Virus record (IMG/VR): IMGVR_UViG_3300024252_000004
Location: 124,001-188,000 of that record
Strand: one strand, 5' to 3'
Length of the DNA stretch: 64,000 nt
The position numbers and the translations under genes are program-made. Every line of letters begins with the position of its first letter. Within the stretch, counting starts at the first letter, position 1. Shown here piece after piece: positions 28,347 to 36,174 of the stretch. The notes under the pieces were generated by a model. It had not been told where the DNA came from, searched no databases, and saw only the letters and a list, made by a program, of their open reading frames with translations.

Positions 28347-28561
28347 ACGAACCGAAGTTCAAGACCTACGACGAGCGGAACCGTGCAGGCTGCTGTGCGC
28401 GGGGAAGCTGCGAAGAAAAGCTGTGTCCTGATGACACATGGATCAACAGCCTGAACAACAACAAGTACTGCGGTCCCTGCAAGGACTTCTTTTACTTTAG
28501 GCATGACCGATTCGCGACCGGAAAGATCCAGAGAAAGTGGACCCTCATGCCTTCGGGCTGA
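28337..28561 (+). CDS. Small Cys-rich hypothetical protein
   Basis: CC..C...C...C..C pattern; start uncertain (TTG). Confidence 0.5.
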   Translation: MGLNEPKFKTYDERNRAGCCARGSCEEKLCPDDTWINSLNNNKYCGPCKDFFYFRHDRFATGKIQRKWTLMPSG

Positions 28562-28609
28562 GGGGATTCACCCTGTCGGGGAGAAAAGATATACATTCTT
28601 GATAAGGAT

Positions 28610-28646
28610 TGGTACGGTTCTTGCACACACTGCAAGACCTATGCCA
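28610..28646. promoter_or_regulatory. Convergent twin sigma54 site palindrome
   Basis: TGGTACGGTTCTTGCA-cacac-TGCAAGACCTATGCCA. Confidence 0.8.
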
Positions 28647-28749
28647 TATAGCCTTTTGCCTATGCCCACCGGGGAGAAAAACTATTCATGTAAGTAACTC
28701 ATAGGGTGTTATATCAGGCCGTGAGAGCAACCTACCCGGAGAGTGCAGC

Positions 28750-29073
28750 ATGGCCCGACCGACCTACTTCCTGATCGATGACGATTCGCTGGAGACCTAC
28801 ACGACCCTGGACGCGGAGGATCTCGACAACTGGGCTGTTCTGGTGAACGGTGCCATCGTCTCCATCGAGGCGGACGAGGAGGACTGTGAGATCCGCATCG
28901 CTGAGATCAATCGGGAGGGTGACAACCTGACCAACGATCTGGGCTTCGGTGCCGAAACGCAGTGCGACGACGGCGACGACGCCGACGACGACCAGGGCGG
29001 AGTCTGGGGCGACTTCGACAACACGGTCGGTGCGGGCGAGTGGGCCGACAAGGCCGTCCAGAAGTCCTGGTGA
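28750..29073 (+). CDS. Very acidic hypothetical protein (possible DNA mimic)
   Basis: D/E-dominated 107 aa; GGAG RBS. Confidence 0.75.
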   Translation: MARPTYFLIDDDSLETYTTLDAEDLDNWAVLVNGAIVSIEADEEDCEIRIAEINREGDNLTNDLGFGAETQCDDGDDADDDQGGVWGDFDNTVGAGEWADKAVQKSW

Positions 29074-29363
29074 GTCGCCGTCTCGCAATCGTCCTCGATC
29101 CCGACAATAGCGATCCGGCCTGGGGTGCGGCTGAGGAGGCCGCCTTCCGGCGGTTCACCGACGAAAGCCACTACCCGGAGTCAGCCGAGGGCAATCCTGT
29201 TCCGGTTCTGGAAGGGGAGAGGATCCCGATCTACGATCTGATCGAGGCCGCCCGAGCCCTGGTGGACTGTGCCGATCACACCGGCTGTACCCCTGACCTC
29301 GCAGTTGTGGATTCCGATCCACTTTTCAAGCTCAAGCGTGTCCTCGACAGCATCGGAGAATGA
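29070..29363 (+). CDS. Hypothetical protein
   Basis: GTGA coupling; GC3-rich frame. Confidence 0.7.
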   Translation: MSRRLAIVLDPDNSDPAWGAAEEAAFRRFTDESHYPESAEGNPVPVLEGERIPIYDLIEAARALVDCADHTGCTPDLAVVDSDPLFKLKRVLDSIGE

Positions 29364-29890
29364 CAGTGATCCCCTTCGTCTCGCATCCATCGGGGAATGA
29401 CATGAGCGCCCCAGAAATCGATTGGGACAACCAAGACCTGATCTCGAAGTTCATGCTTGACATGGATTCCGGAAATGTCCTGATTTCTTTCGCCGCGAAC
29501 CTGAGCATGGCAACTGCCCATATCGCTCCGGAAAACTTCTCTGCGTTCGTGGACGCATACGAGAAGCTTGCGGCGATGGATCCCAGTGAGCTTCAGGGGA
29601 ATGAGGTTGCCGTATGGCAGGACGGGAAGGTCGTTCAGGTGGTGGGATTCCCTGACCTGAAGCCCACGGACTGGTACATCGAAGCGATGCTGGCAACGGC
29701 GTACATCAAGTTTCGCGACGGAAAGGGGATGTTCGAAGATCGTACCCGCCTCATGTGGCATGGTCCGATTGGCACCCGTGGAACCTTCCTTGTCGAAACC
29801 TGCAACATCCAGAAGGTGGCCAAGATGCTCCGAGCAGCGATCCCGCTCGTGGCGGCGGCTGTGAAAACCATGAAGGAAGGTACCGAATGA
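29360..29890 (+). CDS. Hypothetical protein
   Basis: ATGA coupling, GGAG RBS. Confidence 0.75.
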   Translation: MTVIPFVSHPSGNDMSAPEIDWDNQDLISKFMLDMDSGNVLISFAANLSMATAHIAPENFSAFVDAYEKLAAMDPSELQGNEVAVWQDGKVVQVVGFPDLKPTDWYIEAMLATAYIKFRDGKGMFEDRTRLMWHGPIGTRGTFLVETCNIQKVAKMLRAAIPLVAAAVKTMKEGTE

Positions 29891-30145
29891 AGCCCCTGAA
29901 AGAAGAGGATGCCCAAGCCATTCTCGCTGCGGCTTACAAGGCTGCGGCGGAAAAAAAAGAACACATGGCCCGTTATCCTCGATGTCTGCAAGGAGCGGGA
30001 AATCGAGTTCGGTTGGGCTTCCATGTTCTCCCTGATGACCGATTTCTTCTACGAAGATGTGCGTGAATGGAGTGAAGGAAACTACGGAAAGGACGCCATC
30101 TATTTCTACGCTCTGATTCCAGAAGACGAAAGCCATTCGGGGTAA
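29887..30145 (+). pseudogene. Frameshifted hypothetical gene (+1 shift at an A8 run)
   Basis: MKPLKEEDAQAILAAAYKAAAEK joins KNTWPVILDVCKEREIEFGW... if one A of 29951-29958 is removed. Confidence 0.65.
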
Positions 30146-30304
30146 GGTCTACGAGGTGGGGGAATAGTCCCCTCCCTCCGGGGAGAAAACTATTACAAAT
30201 TAAGCAATGTTTTTCTCCCCGAGCCAGGAGCGGGGTGAAAAGAAATACACACAAGTAACTCATAGGATGTTATAGAGAGGCGCCTCCAATCATAGAGAGT
30301 CTCA

Positions 30305-30596
30305 ATGAATCGCCTCTTTCGCGTCTTCGTCTTCCTGGCCGCCACCGCCGCCCTTTTCGTCGTTCTTCCGGGGTTCAACCCTTCGACCCTGAACGAGATC
30401 ACGACCAGCGGCCTCGGCACGGTCGCGAAGGGGTTCCCTCGTGCCGGAGGTCTTCAAGCACCCCGGTGCATGTACCTTCGAACCGGCATACACGGATTCG
30501 ATGACGTACAGGGTCAGCTACATCGTGGGAGGACTCGTCTTCGCCTACGTCTTGGGGAAGCTGATCCAGAAGAAGAAGAAGAAGAAGAAGAAGTAG
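30305..30596 (+). pseudogene. Frameshifted membrane protein with poly-Lys tail (+1 shift at TTCCCTC)
   Basis: Removing one C at 30436-30438 gives ...KGFLVPEVFKH...IVGGLVFAYVLGKLIQKKKKKKKK*, with the GC3 bias of neighbouring genes. Confidence 0.65.
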
Positions 30597-30714
30597 GGAG
30601 TCAGGGCTTCGGCCCTCCCTCAGGGGAGAAAAAGATTGCATTATCGATAAGGGGTGAAAACCTTAACACACAGGAAACTCATAAGACGTTATAGAGTGAC
30701 ACATGGAGAGGGTA

Positions 30715-30873
30715 ATGTGGTCATACAGTGAAGCTTCAATCCTCGCATCGCTTCCGCTTTTCGCGGTTGCAATGCTGATTGACTTCGAAGTCTTCGCTGT
30801 CCCAAGAACGACCATCTATCTCCTTCCGCTTATTCCGTTCGTGACGTTTCTGTTCTCCCGAGGTAAATACTGA
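30715..30873 (+). CDS. Small membrane protein (52 aa, not in ORF track)
   Basis: GGAGAGGG RBS, two hydrophobic segments, TGATG coupling. Confidence 0.65.
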   Translation: MWSYSEASILASLPLFAVAMLIDFEVFAVPRTTIYLLPLIPFVTFLFSRGKY

Positions 30874-31637
30874 TGGACATCGAACGATTCAAGAAGCTGG
30901 CAAGTCAGGCGCGTAGCTTCCGAGGTCTCATTGACTTCGCGGACCCCTACTGGGAGTCCTCCGTTTTCTTCGAGATTCCCTCGGCCAATGAGAAGGACGA
31001 GTACGCTTGTCCGCTCGCATCGTCGGACAATCTGGATTTCCTGGCAGGGATGTTCGGTGCGGGTAGCGACCTTCACGTCTGGAACTGCGTGTTCGTGTCT
31101 GAGCCTTCCGAAGAGGTTCGGGAGAGCTACAGTACCCACGGCAACAAGATGGCGCGGTACGTCCTGTGGACGGACAACCCAAGGTATCGCTCCGTCGATT
31201 TGATGAAGAACTTCATCCGTGACTTCACGCTCGGTTGGCGGCTGGCTCTCGCGCCCATCCGTGCGGCAGAGAAGGCCGCCGCAAAGGAAGCGGAAGAAGC
31301 CTTCCAGTCTCGCTGCGATGATTGGGTGAAGGTTTTCGGAGATGCCATCCAAAACTACAAGGTCGATTCGCGTGGGAACGAGTTCGCCGGGATTACCTTC
31401 AAGAAGGACCCCGACTTCAGAGCCTTCTACAGCCGCGTGACCTCGAAGGTCATGACGGCAGAGCAGTTCAGTGTGTACCGCCCCGGGACGCAGGAACTCT
31501 ATGGCAGGGGCAAAACTGTGAACGGGTCATTCGATCTGTACACGTTCGGTGCTCACCTGGAGATGTGGACCAACTGCTACCCGGATGATCCCGCGAACAA
31601 GGCTTACCGAAAGATCCGGCATCTTTGCCGGGTCTGA
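30873..31637 (+). CDS. Hypothetical protein
   Basis: 254 aa, coupled start, GC3-rich. Confidence 0.8.
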   Translation: MDIERFKKLASQARSFRGLIDFADPYWESSVFFEIPSANEKDEYACPLASSDNLDFLAGMFGAGSDLHVWNCVFVSEPSEEVRESYSTHGNKMARYVLWTDNPRYRSVDLMKNFIRDFTLGWRLALAPIRAAEKAAAKEAEEAFQSRCDDWVKVFGDAIQNYKVDSRGNEFAGITFKKDPDFRAFYSRVTSKVMTAEQFSVYRPGTQELYGRGKTVNGSFDLYTFGAHLEMWTNCYPDDPANKAYRKIRHLCRV

Positions 31638-31683
31638 CCACGGGGCTTCGGCCCACCATCTATTCTGCTGAGAGGAGAGAATC

Positions 31684-31869
31684 ATGAGTATCCCAGGTTC
31701 CGATGGTGTCCGACAGACTTACATCAGTTTGGCACGCACGATCGCAAACGGGCACAATGCTTCGCCCGAAGAGATCAGTTGGGCCATCAGCATGCTCGAA
31801 AGCTTCAAGCGCCCTTCTCCGAAGAGTGTTTGGTACCTGAATAAGCTCAAGGCAAAGGTGGGAGGCTGA
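31684..31869 (+). CDS. Small hypothetical protein
   Basis: GAGGAG RBS. Confidence 0.7.
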   Translation: MSIPGSDGVRQTYISLARTIANGHNASPEEISWAISMLESFKRPSPKSVWYLNKLKAKVGG

Positions 31870-31941
31870 CGCCCTCCCTCCGGGGAGAAAAAGATTGCAT
31901 TGCCAAAGCGGGGAGAAAAGATTTATTCTTGTCAGGAATGT

Positions 31942-31978
31942 TGGCACGATCCTTGCATACACTGCAAGAGCTATGCCG
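31942..31978. promoter_or_regulatory. Convergent twin sigma54 site palindrome
   Basis: TGGCACGATCCTTGCA-tacac-TGCAAGAGCTATGCCG. Confidence 0.8.
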
Positions 31979-32085
31979 GAAGTTTTTCACCCCGGGGAGA
32001 AAAGATTGTCATGGGGTGAAAAAGATGACAATGCCCCACCGGGGAGAAAAGATTAGTACACAGGAAACTCATAGGGTGTTATAGA

Positions 32086-32162
32086 GTGTCGTCAGAGAGG
32101 CCGAGAGGATGGCCCACGCTACGGCAACGCATACTGAGTCGGTCATTCAGAGGAATAGACCA
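32086..32162 (+). ncRNA. Possible small structured RNA between two promoter copies
   Basis: Hairpins GGCC-GAGAGGAT-GGCC and GGTC-ATTC-AGAG-GAAT-A-GACC; no credible ORF. Confidence 0.35.
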
Positions 32163-32275
32163 AAGTTTTCTAAACAACTCATGATGTGTTATCATAGAGC
32201 GTCTGAAACGACCCAACCCGAGAGCTTGACTCTCAACACCCCGAGAGCTTGTCTCTCAAAGCCAAGGAAATCCCC

Positions 32276-32863
32276 ATGTCCAACACCGACTTCGAAGCCC
32301 TCGACGGTCTTGACCTCTCCGACAACAAGACGCTCAGCAGCATCGACATTCTCGGCGCGAACTTCACCGCCGGTCGCAAGGATGGGCAGCTCTGCGTCGT
32401 CTTCAAGACCAACGGCGGCAAGGGCTCCGGTCCCCAGACCGTTCGCGCGACCGAGCTCATCGAGTTCCGCGACACCCTGCACGAGTGTGTCGCCCGAGGG
32501 GAGGGGAGCACGGTCGAGGCCGGTTACATCCCCGCGCCGATCCTGCTCGGACGCAGCTTCGCGCTCGTCGCGAATCCCGGTCCCGGTCGCAACAAGAAGA
32601 ACGAGGTGACGCCCGCGCCCTTCGGCGGACGCGACTACTACGAGTGGAACAGCAACACGGGGCAGGGCACCGCGTCCAAGGGCTCCAAGCCCGCCAAGGT
32701 TCCGGTGGACGAGATTGATGGTTTCCTGGCCCTCTTCGACAAGAACGTGGACCAGACGGTCAGCCGGTTGATCTCCCTGGGGCTCATGGCGGACGAGGAC
32801 GCGGACGAGGACGAGGACGAGGGCGACGAGGTCGATCTCGACGGCATCGGTGACGAGGACTGA
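32276..32863 (+). CDS. Putative single-stranded nucleic-acid-binding protein (PUR/PC4-like repeats, long acidic tail)
   Basis: Two beta-sheet+helix units ending ELIEFRDTL / EIDGFLALF; tail DEDADEDEDEGDEVDLDGIGDED; AAGGA RBS. Confidence 0.55.
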   Translation: MSNTDFEALDGLDLSDNKTLSSIDILGANFTAGRKDGQLCVVFKTNGGKGSGPQTVRATELIEFRDTLHECVARGEGSTVEAGYIPAPILLGRSFALVANPGPGRNKKNEVTPAPFGGRDYYEWNSNTGQGTASKGSKPAKVPVDEIDGFLALFDKNVDQTVSRLISLGLMADEDADEDEDEGDEVDLDGIGDED

Positions 32864-33169
32864 ACGGTCACAGGTTGAGGGGCTTAACCGCCCCGAAACC
32901 AAGGCTCAACCAGCCGGTTAATCCCGGCTGGTTCGAGCTTCATTGTGTTTGTAAAGTTTTTCACCCCAGATGCGGGTGAGCACATGCAAAAGTTTTCACC
33001 CCCCGCTCGTAAGATTTTTCACCCCATACCTGCAAGCACACGCAAAAGTTTTCTCCCCGGCGGCCGGGTTGGGGTGAAAACCTTAGCACACAGGAAACTC
33101 ATAGGGTGTTATAGAGTGACGCCGGTAGAACTAACCGGTTAGCTTCCAAACCATGACCCCGAGGTCCAC

Positions 33170-33616
33170 ATGTCCCAGATGTCCAGTGCTCTCCTGCTTC
33201 TCGCCGCCAGCACGCTCCCCTCCGACACCGATGCCGCTTCCCTCCGGCTGATGCCCGCCGCCCTCCGCGATGCCGTCGAGGCCAAGCAGGCCGACGCCAA
33301 GGGGCAGGCCCTGGACGACGCGGCCGAGTCGGTGATGGCCCTGATCTCGAAGATGACCGACTACAAGCGCGGCACCCTCGTCGAGATCCGCCAGTACCGC
33401 CAGTACATCGCCCAGGAGAAGGGCCGGCTGGATGAGATCGATCGTGCCTTCGCGTACGGCAACGCGACCAGCAACTACATGCCCCTCATGATCGCGCTCG
33501 GAATGTCCACCGCGACCAGCGGCATGATGACCAGCGCGGACCGGGAGCGGCTGTCGGTCATCCCCGATGGTTGGACCCCGCCCGCCGATGTCCCGGCCGC
33601 GCCGACTGCCGGCTGA
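33170..33616 (+). CDS. Helical/coiled-coil hypothetical protein
   Basis: GAGG RBS, GC3-rich. Confidence 0.8.
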   Translation: MSQMSSALLLLAASTLPSDTDAASLRLMPAALRDAVEAKQADAKGQALDDAAESVMALISKMTDYKRGTLVEIRQYRQYIAQEKGRLDEIDRAFAYGNATSNYMPLMIALGMSTATSGMMTSADRERLSVIPDGWTPPADVPAAPTAG

Positions 33617-33619
33617 GAA

Positions 33620-34040
33620 TCTGACGAATGGGGGCCGGGCCAGTCCCGGTCCCCTGAGTCACACACGTCCGAACATGAATGCTAGGGACAGTGCGCGTGA
33701 AGGCCGCGCCCAGCCGAAAGGTTGCTCCGCTTTAAATTATGTTCGGCAGATCTGAGCAGAAACGGTGAAAAGGCATACTTGTTGCCTAAATGGTTTCGAG
33801 GAAGCCGCATAAGTATCCGTGGACGCAAGGAAGAGCCAAAACCTCGCTTCGGTATAGACAGTACACTAAAGACACTCGAACACATAAAGCTTATTAATCT
33901 TGTTTCTAGATTATTTGAGCACGCTATCGAGTTAGCCTGCCGGGAAGGGGGCTGCGTCTAATCACTCTTCGGAGTGGTTCTCGAAAGAGTAAGTGGGACT
34001 GGTATCGGGGCAAACCCACCGGGTGTAAATCCGGTGGGCG
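33620..34040 (+). ncRNA. Putative ~420-nt structured non-coding RNA
   Basis: Dense hairpins (GGGGCCGGG/CCCGGTCCCC, CCGAACAT/ATGTTCGG, CACTC-TTCG-GAGTG, CTC-GAAA-GAG, CCCACCGG/CCGGTGGG); the only ORF is a TTG-start 79-codon frame lacking the local codon bias. Confidence 0.5.
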
Positions 34041-34145
34041 ATGGGGGAGAAAAGATATACATCCTTGTCAAGGAGTGAAAACTATAACATAGGTCTTTTC
34101 TAAACTTCTTGTAGGGTGTTATAGAATGTTGCCAAACAACGGGGA

Positions 34146-34688
34146 ATGCAGATGCCTTTGACTGCGAAACAGGAAGCGCGAGTGGACATGCTCCTCCCGT
34201 ATTTCGATGAGGAATCCTTGGCAGCTTTCGCTGAGGAAGAGAACAGCCGGAACAACCCCGAAGACATCGTGGAACGAATCCTCACGGAGGTCACGGTCTA
34301 CGAAAAGGCAGGCGTCCGCAATCAGTACACGGGAACATACCGTGGTCATCCATTCATCATCGGAGAGGAAAACCGATACGTTGATGATGGGTTCACCCTT
34401 CGTGAAATGTATATCCGAACGCAGTACGGTGCAGGACGTGCGAGCAAGAAGATGATGGTCTTCATGATCTCCGGAAAGGTCGGAGGATATCCGACCGATG
34501 GACTGCGGTTCACAGACGAATTCAAGGGTCCGCTTGCGGACGTTCTCCAGTGTCTCTTCGAAGCTGCAAAGACGCGGTACAGAGATGCTGAGATTGAGCG
34601 TCTGATGAAGGCAGACACGAACACACCCACCCCAAAGGATGATGGAGATTTCGGACTCGATTCTCTCATCGTCACTCCACCCAACTGA
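34146..34688 (+). CDS. Hypothetical protein
   Basis: GGGG RBS after a promoter copy, 180 aa. Confidence 0.8.
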   Translation: MQMPLTAKQEARVDMLLPYFDEESLAAFAEEENSRNNPEDIVERILTEVTVYEKAGVRNQYTGTYRGHPFIIGEENRYVDDGFTLREMYIRTQYGAGRASKKMMVFMISGKVGGYPTDGLRFTDEFKGPLADVLQCLFEAAKTRYRDAEIERLMKADTNTPTPKDDGDFGLDSLIVTPPN

Positions 34689-34715
34689 GGCGAAAGCCTG
34701 CGAAGTGAGGTCAGC

Positions 34716-34922
34716 ATGAACACAACTCTCGAAACCCCGTATCTCGGTCGCTCCGATGGTGGCAAGTTCGGATGGCGGAAGCCCAGCCGTCGCACCGAGG
34801 CTGCCGAGCGACAGACCGCACGCGATGCCCGAAGCACCGCCGAGCAGATCGCCGAACTCGATGCCCGTCTGGGTGTCGGCATCGGAGCGACGAAGGAGCG
34901 CGCACGTCTCTCCGCAGAGTAG
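34716..34922 (+). CDS. Small hypothetical protein
   Basis: GAGG RBS. Confidence 0.7.
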   Translation: MNTTLETPYLGRSDGGKFGWRKPSRRTEAAERQTARDARSTAEQIAELDARLGVGIGATKERARLSAE

Positions 34923-35040
34923 AGAAACCCTGTGTCCCCTGGTTTTCCAGGGGACACTCGGGGAGAAAAGATTTGCAGCCCCCAAGGGGAGAAAACTATA
35001 ACATTAGTCTTTTCTAAACTTCTTGTAGGGTGTTATATTA

Positions 35041-35300
35041 AAGTGTCCCCAGAGAGCAGGATACAACGGAAGTTACGCAAGCAAACACTGCGATGATTGC
35101 AAGCATACCAAATAATGTAAGCCGTCTGAGCAGGCAGGAACCTGCAAGGTAAGCATTAGGCAATGAGCGGGATATACCATTGAGACATGGAAGCTGATTG
35201 AGCGGGAAGGAACCTGCGAAGCGAGTGTCATAGGGAGCGCTGATTAGGCGCTGTGTTGACGGCGAGGGTTAAGCCACTTAGGGGCCAGTCAACTTTAAAC
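35041..35300 (+). ncRNA. Putative structured RNA / long pre-tRNA leader
   Basis: Follows the promoter copy at 35031; no ORF; internal repeat GAGC(A/G)GG(C/A)AGGAACCTGC; stems GTGTCC/GGATAC, AGCGC/GCGCT, GTTGAC/GTCAAC. Confidence 0.5.
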
Positions 35301-35305
35301 GTAGA

Positions 35306-35382
35306 GCCGCCTTAGCTCAGTTGGATAGAGCGTCGGCTTTCTAAGCCGGGGGTCGCTGGTTCGAGTCCAGCAGGCGGTACCA
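35306..35382 (+). tRNA. trnR: tRNA-Arg (anticodon UCU) with encoded CCA
   Basis: Acceptor GCCGCCT/AGGCGGT, D-arm GCTC-AGTTGGATA-GAGC, anticodon loop TTTCTAA, T-arm GCTGG-TTCGAGT-CCAGC, ACCA end; 77 nt. Confidence 0.97.
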
Positions 35383-35384
35383 CT

Positions 35385-36170
35385 TCACACACTCTCGGAG
35401 GCGGCAATACGCAGGGCTCAACCAACACACGTTTCGGCGTGGTATATACGGCCCGGGTTTACGAATAAGACTGTTGGGAATAGTAGACCAGATGCAGGGG
35501 AAGATCCTGTCCGAGACACACATCCACGGACAAGCTCAGCCGTGGACGAAAAGATGGGCGATTAGAGCATATGATTCTTAAGAGGGGCTGGTGCCCATGT
35601 CGAAAGACGAAACCAGTGCAACCCTCCATGCCCCGGATTTGCTGCGGGGTAGGATGTAGCAGGGGAGGATAGACGGTAAGACAGCATTACCTTCACGTCC
35701 CTGACATCCGCCAAGACAACCCAATCCTTGCGTAAGACACGCGCGCTTAGATAGCCAATAGGTTCAGACATGTTTTGATTAGTGGGCGACTAGCCCGCCA
35801 CTCAGTTAACGAGTGGGAATCTTAAGTGACTAACGATTGAGTTAAGTTGACAGAGTTGAGTTGAATAAAAATTGCGTTCATTGTGTCTTGATTGTAGCAC
35901 ATGCAGTTGAGACTGTCCGAAACGATAACCATAAAGGTGGACATAGACGAGGGCCCGTCGAGCCCTATGTGTAACGACATGGCGACCAGCATTAGATGCG
36001 GTCGTAACGTTTGGGTCGGATTACTTCTTGGTAAGGTGTTGGTCTAAGCGCAACGTAAATGCTTTCGAAGGGCACGCACACCCGTTCTTTGATTGCATAA
36101 GGCGTAAGGATAGTAATGGTAGCCGCCGCACACCCAAACATAACACCATCCACAGTACCAAAAATGGGGG
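35385..36170 (+). ncRNA. Putative large (~790 nt, possibly two) structured RNA downstream of the tRNA
   Basis: No credible plus-strand ORF before ATG 36175; many hairpins (CACGT-TTCG-GCGTG, CCACGG/CCGTGG, GTC-GAAA-GAC, CCACTC/GAGTGG, ACATAG/CTATGT, GTTTGGGT/ACCCAAAC). Confidence 0.6.
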
Positions 36171-36174
36171 AGTC

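Larger units (their letters stand above)
17868..35040 (+). promoter_or_regulatory. Repeated phage promoter-like motif (CTAAGT/ACAGGA)AACT(C)ATAGG(A/G)TGTTATA, 21 copies heading each cassette
   Basis: TGTTAT (or CGTTAT) starts at 17885, 19610, 20165, 20694, 21365, 22085, 22504, 23012, 23784, 25012, 26295, 27428, 27867, 28707, 30268, 30687, 32077, 32187 (variant), 33107, 34117 and 35031. Each lies just upstream of an RBS-led ORF or a structured non-coding stretch and resembles an extended -10 TGnTATA. Confidence 0.85.

Noticed and set aside
18000-35000. Numerous long minus-strand and alternative-frame ORFs in the ORF track
   Set aside because: Shadow frames expected in GC-rich DNA; they lack RBSs, run through the repeat spacers and oppose promoter orientation
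35588-35616. Hammerhead ribozyme (GTC-GAAA-GAC-GAAAC)
   Set aside because: The required CUGANGA core is absent upstream of the stem
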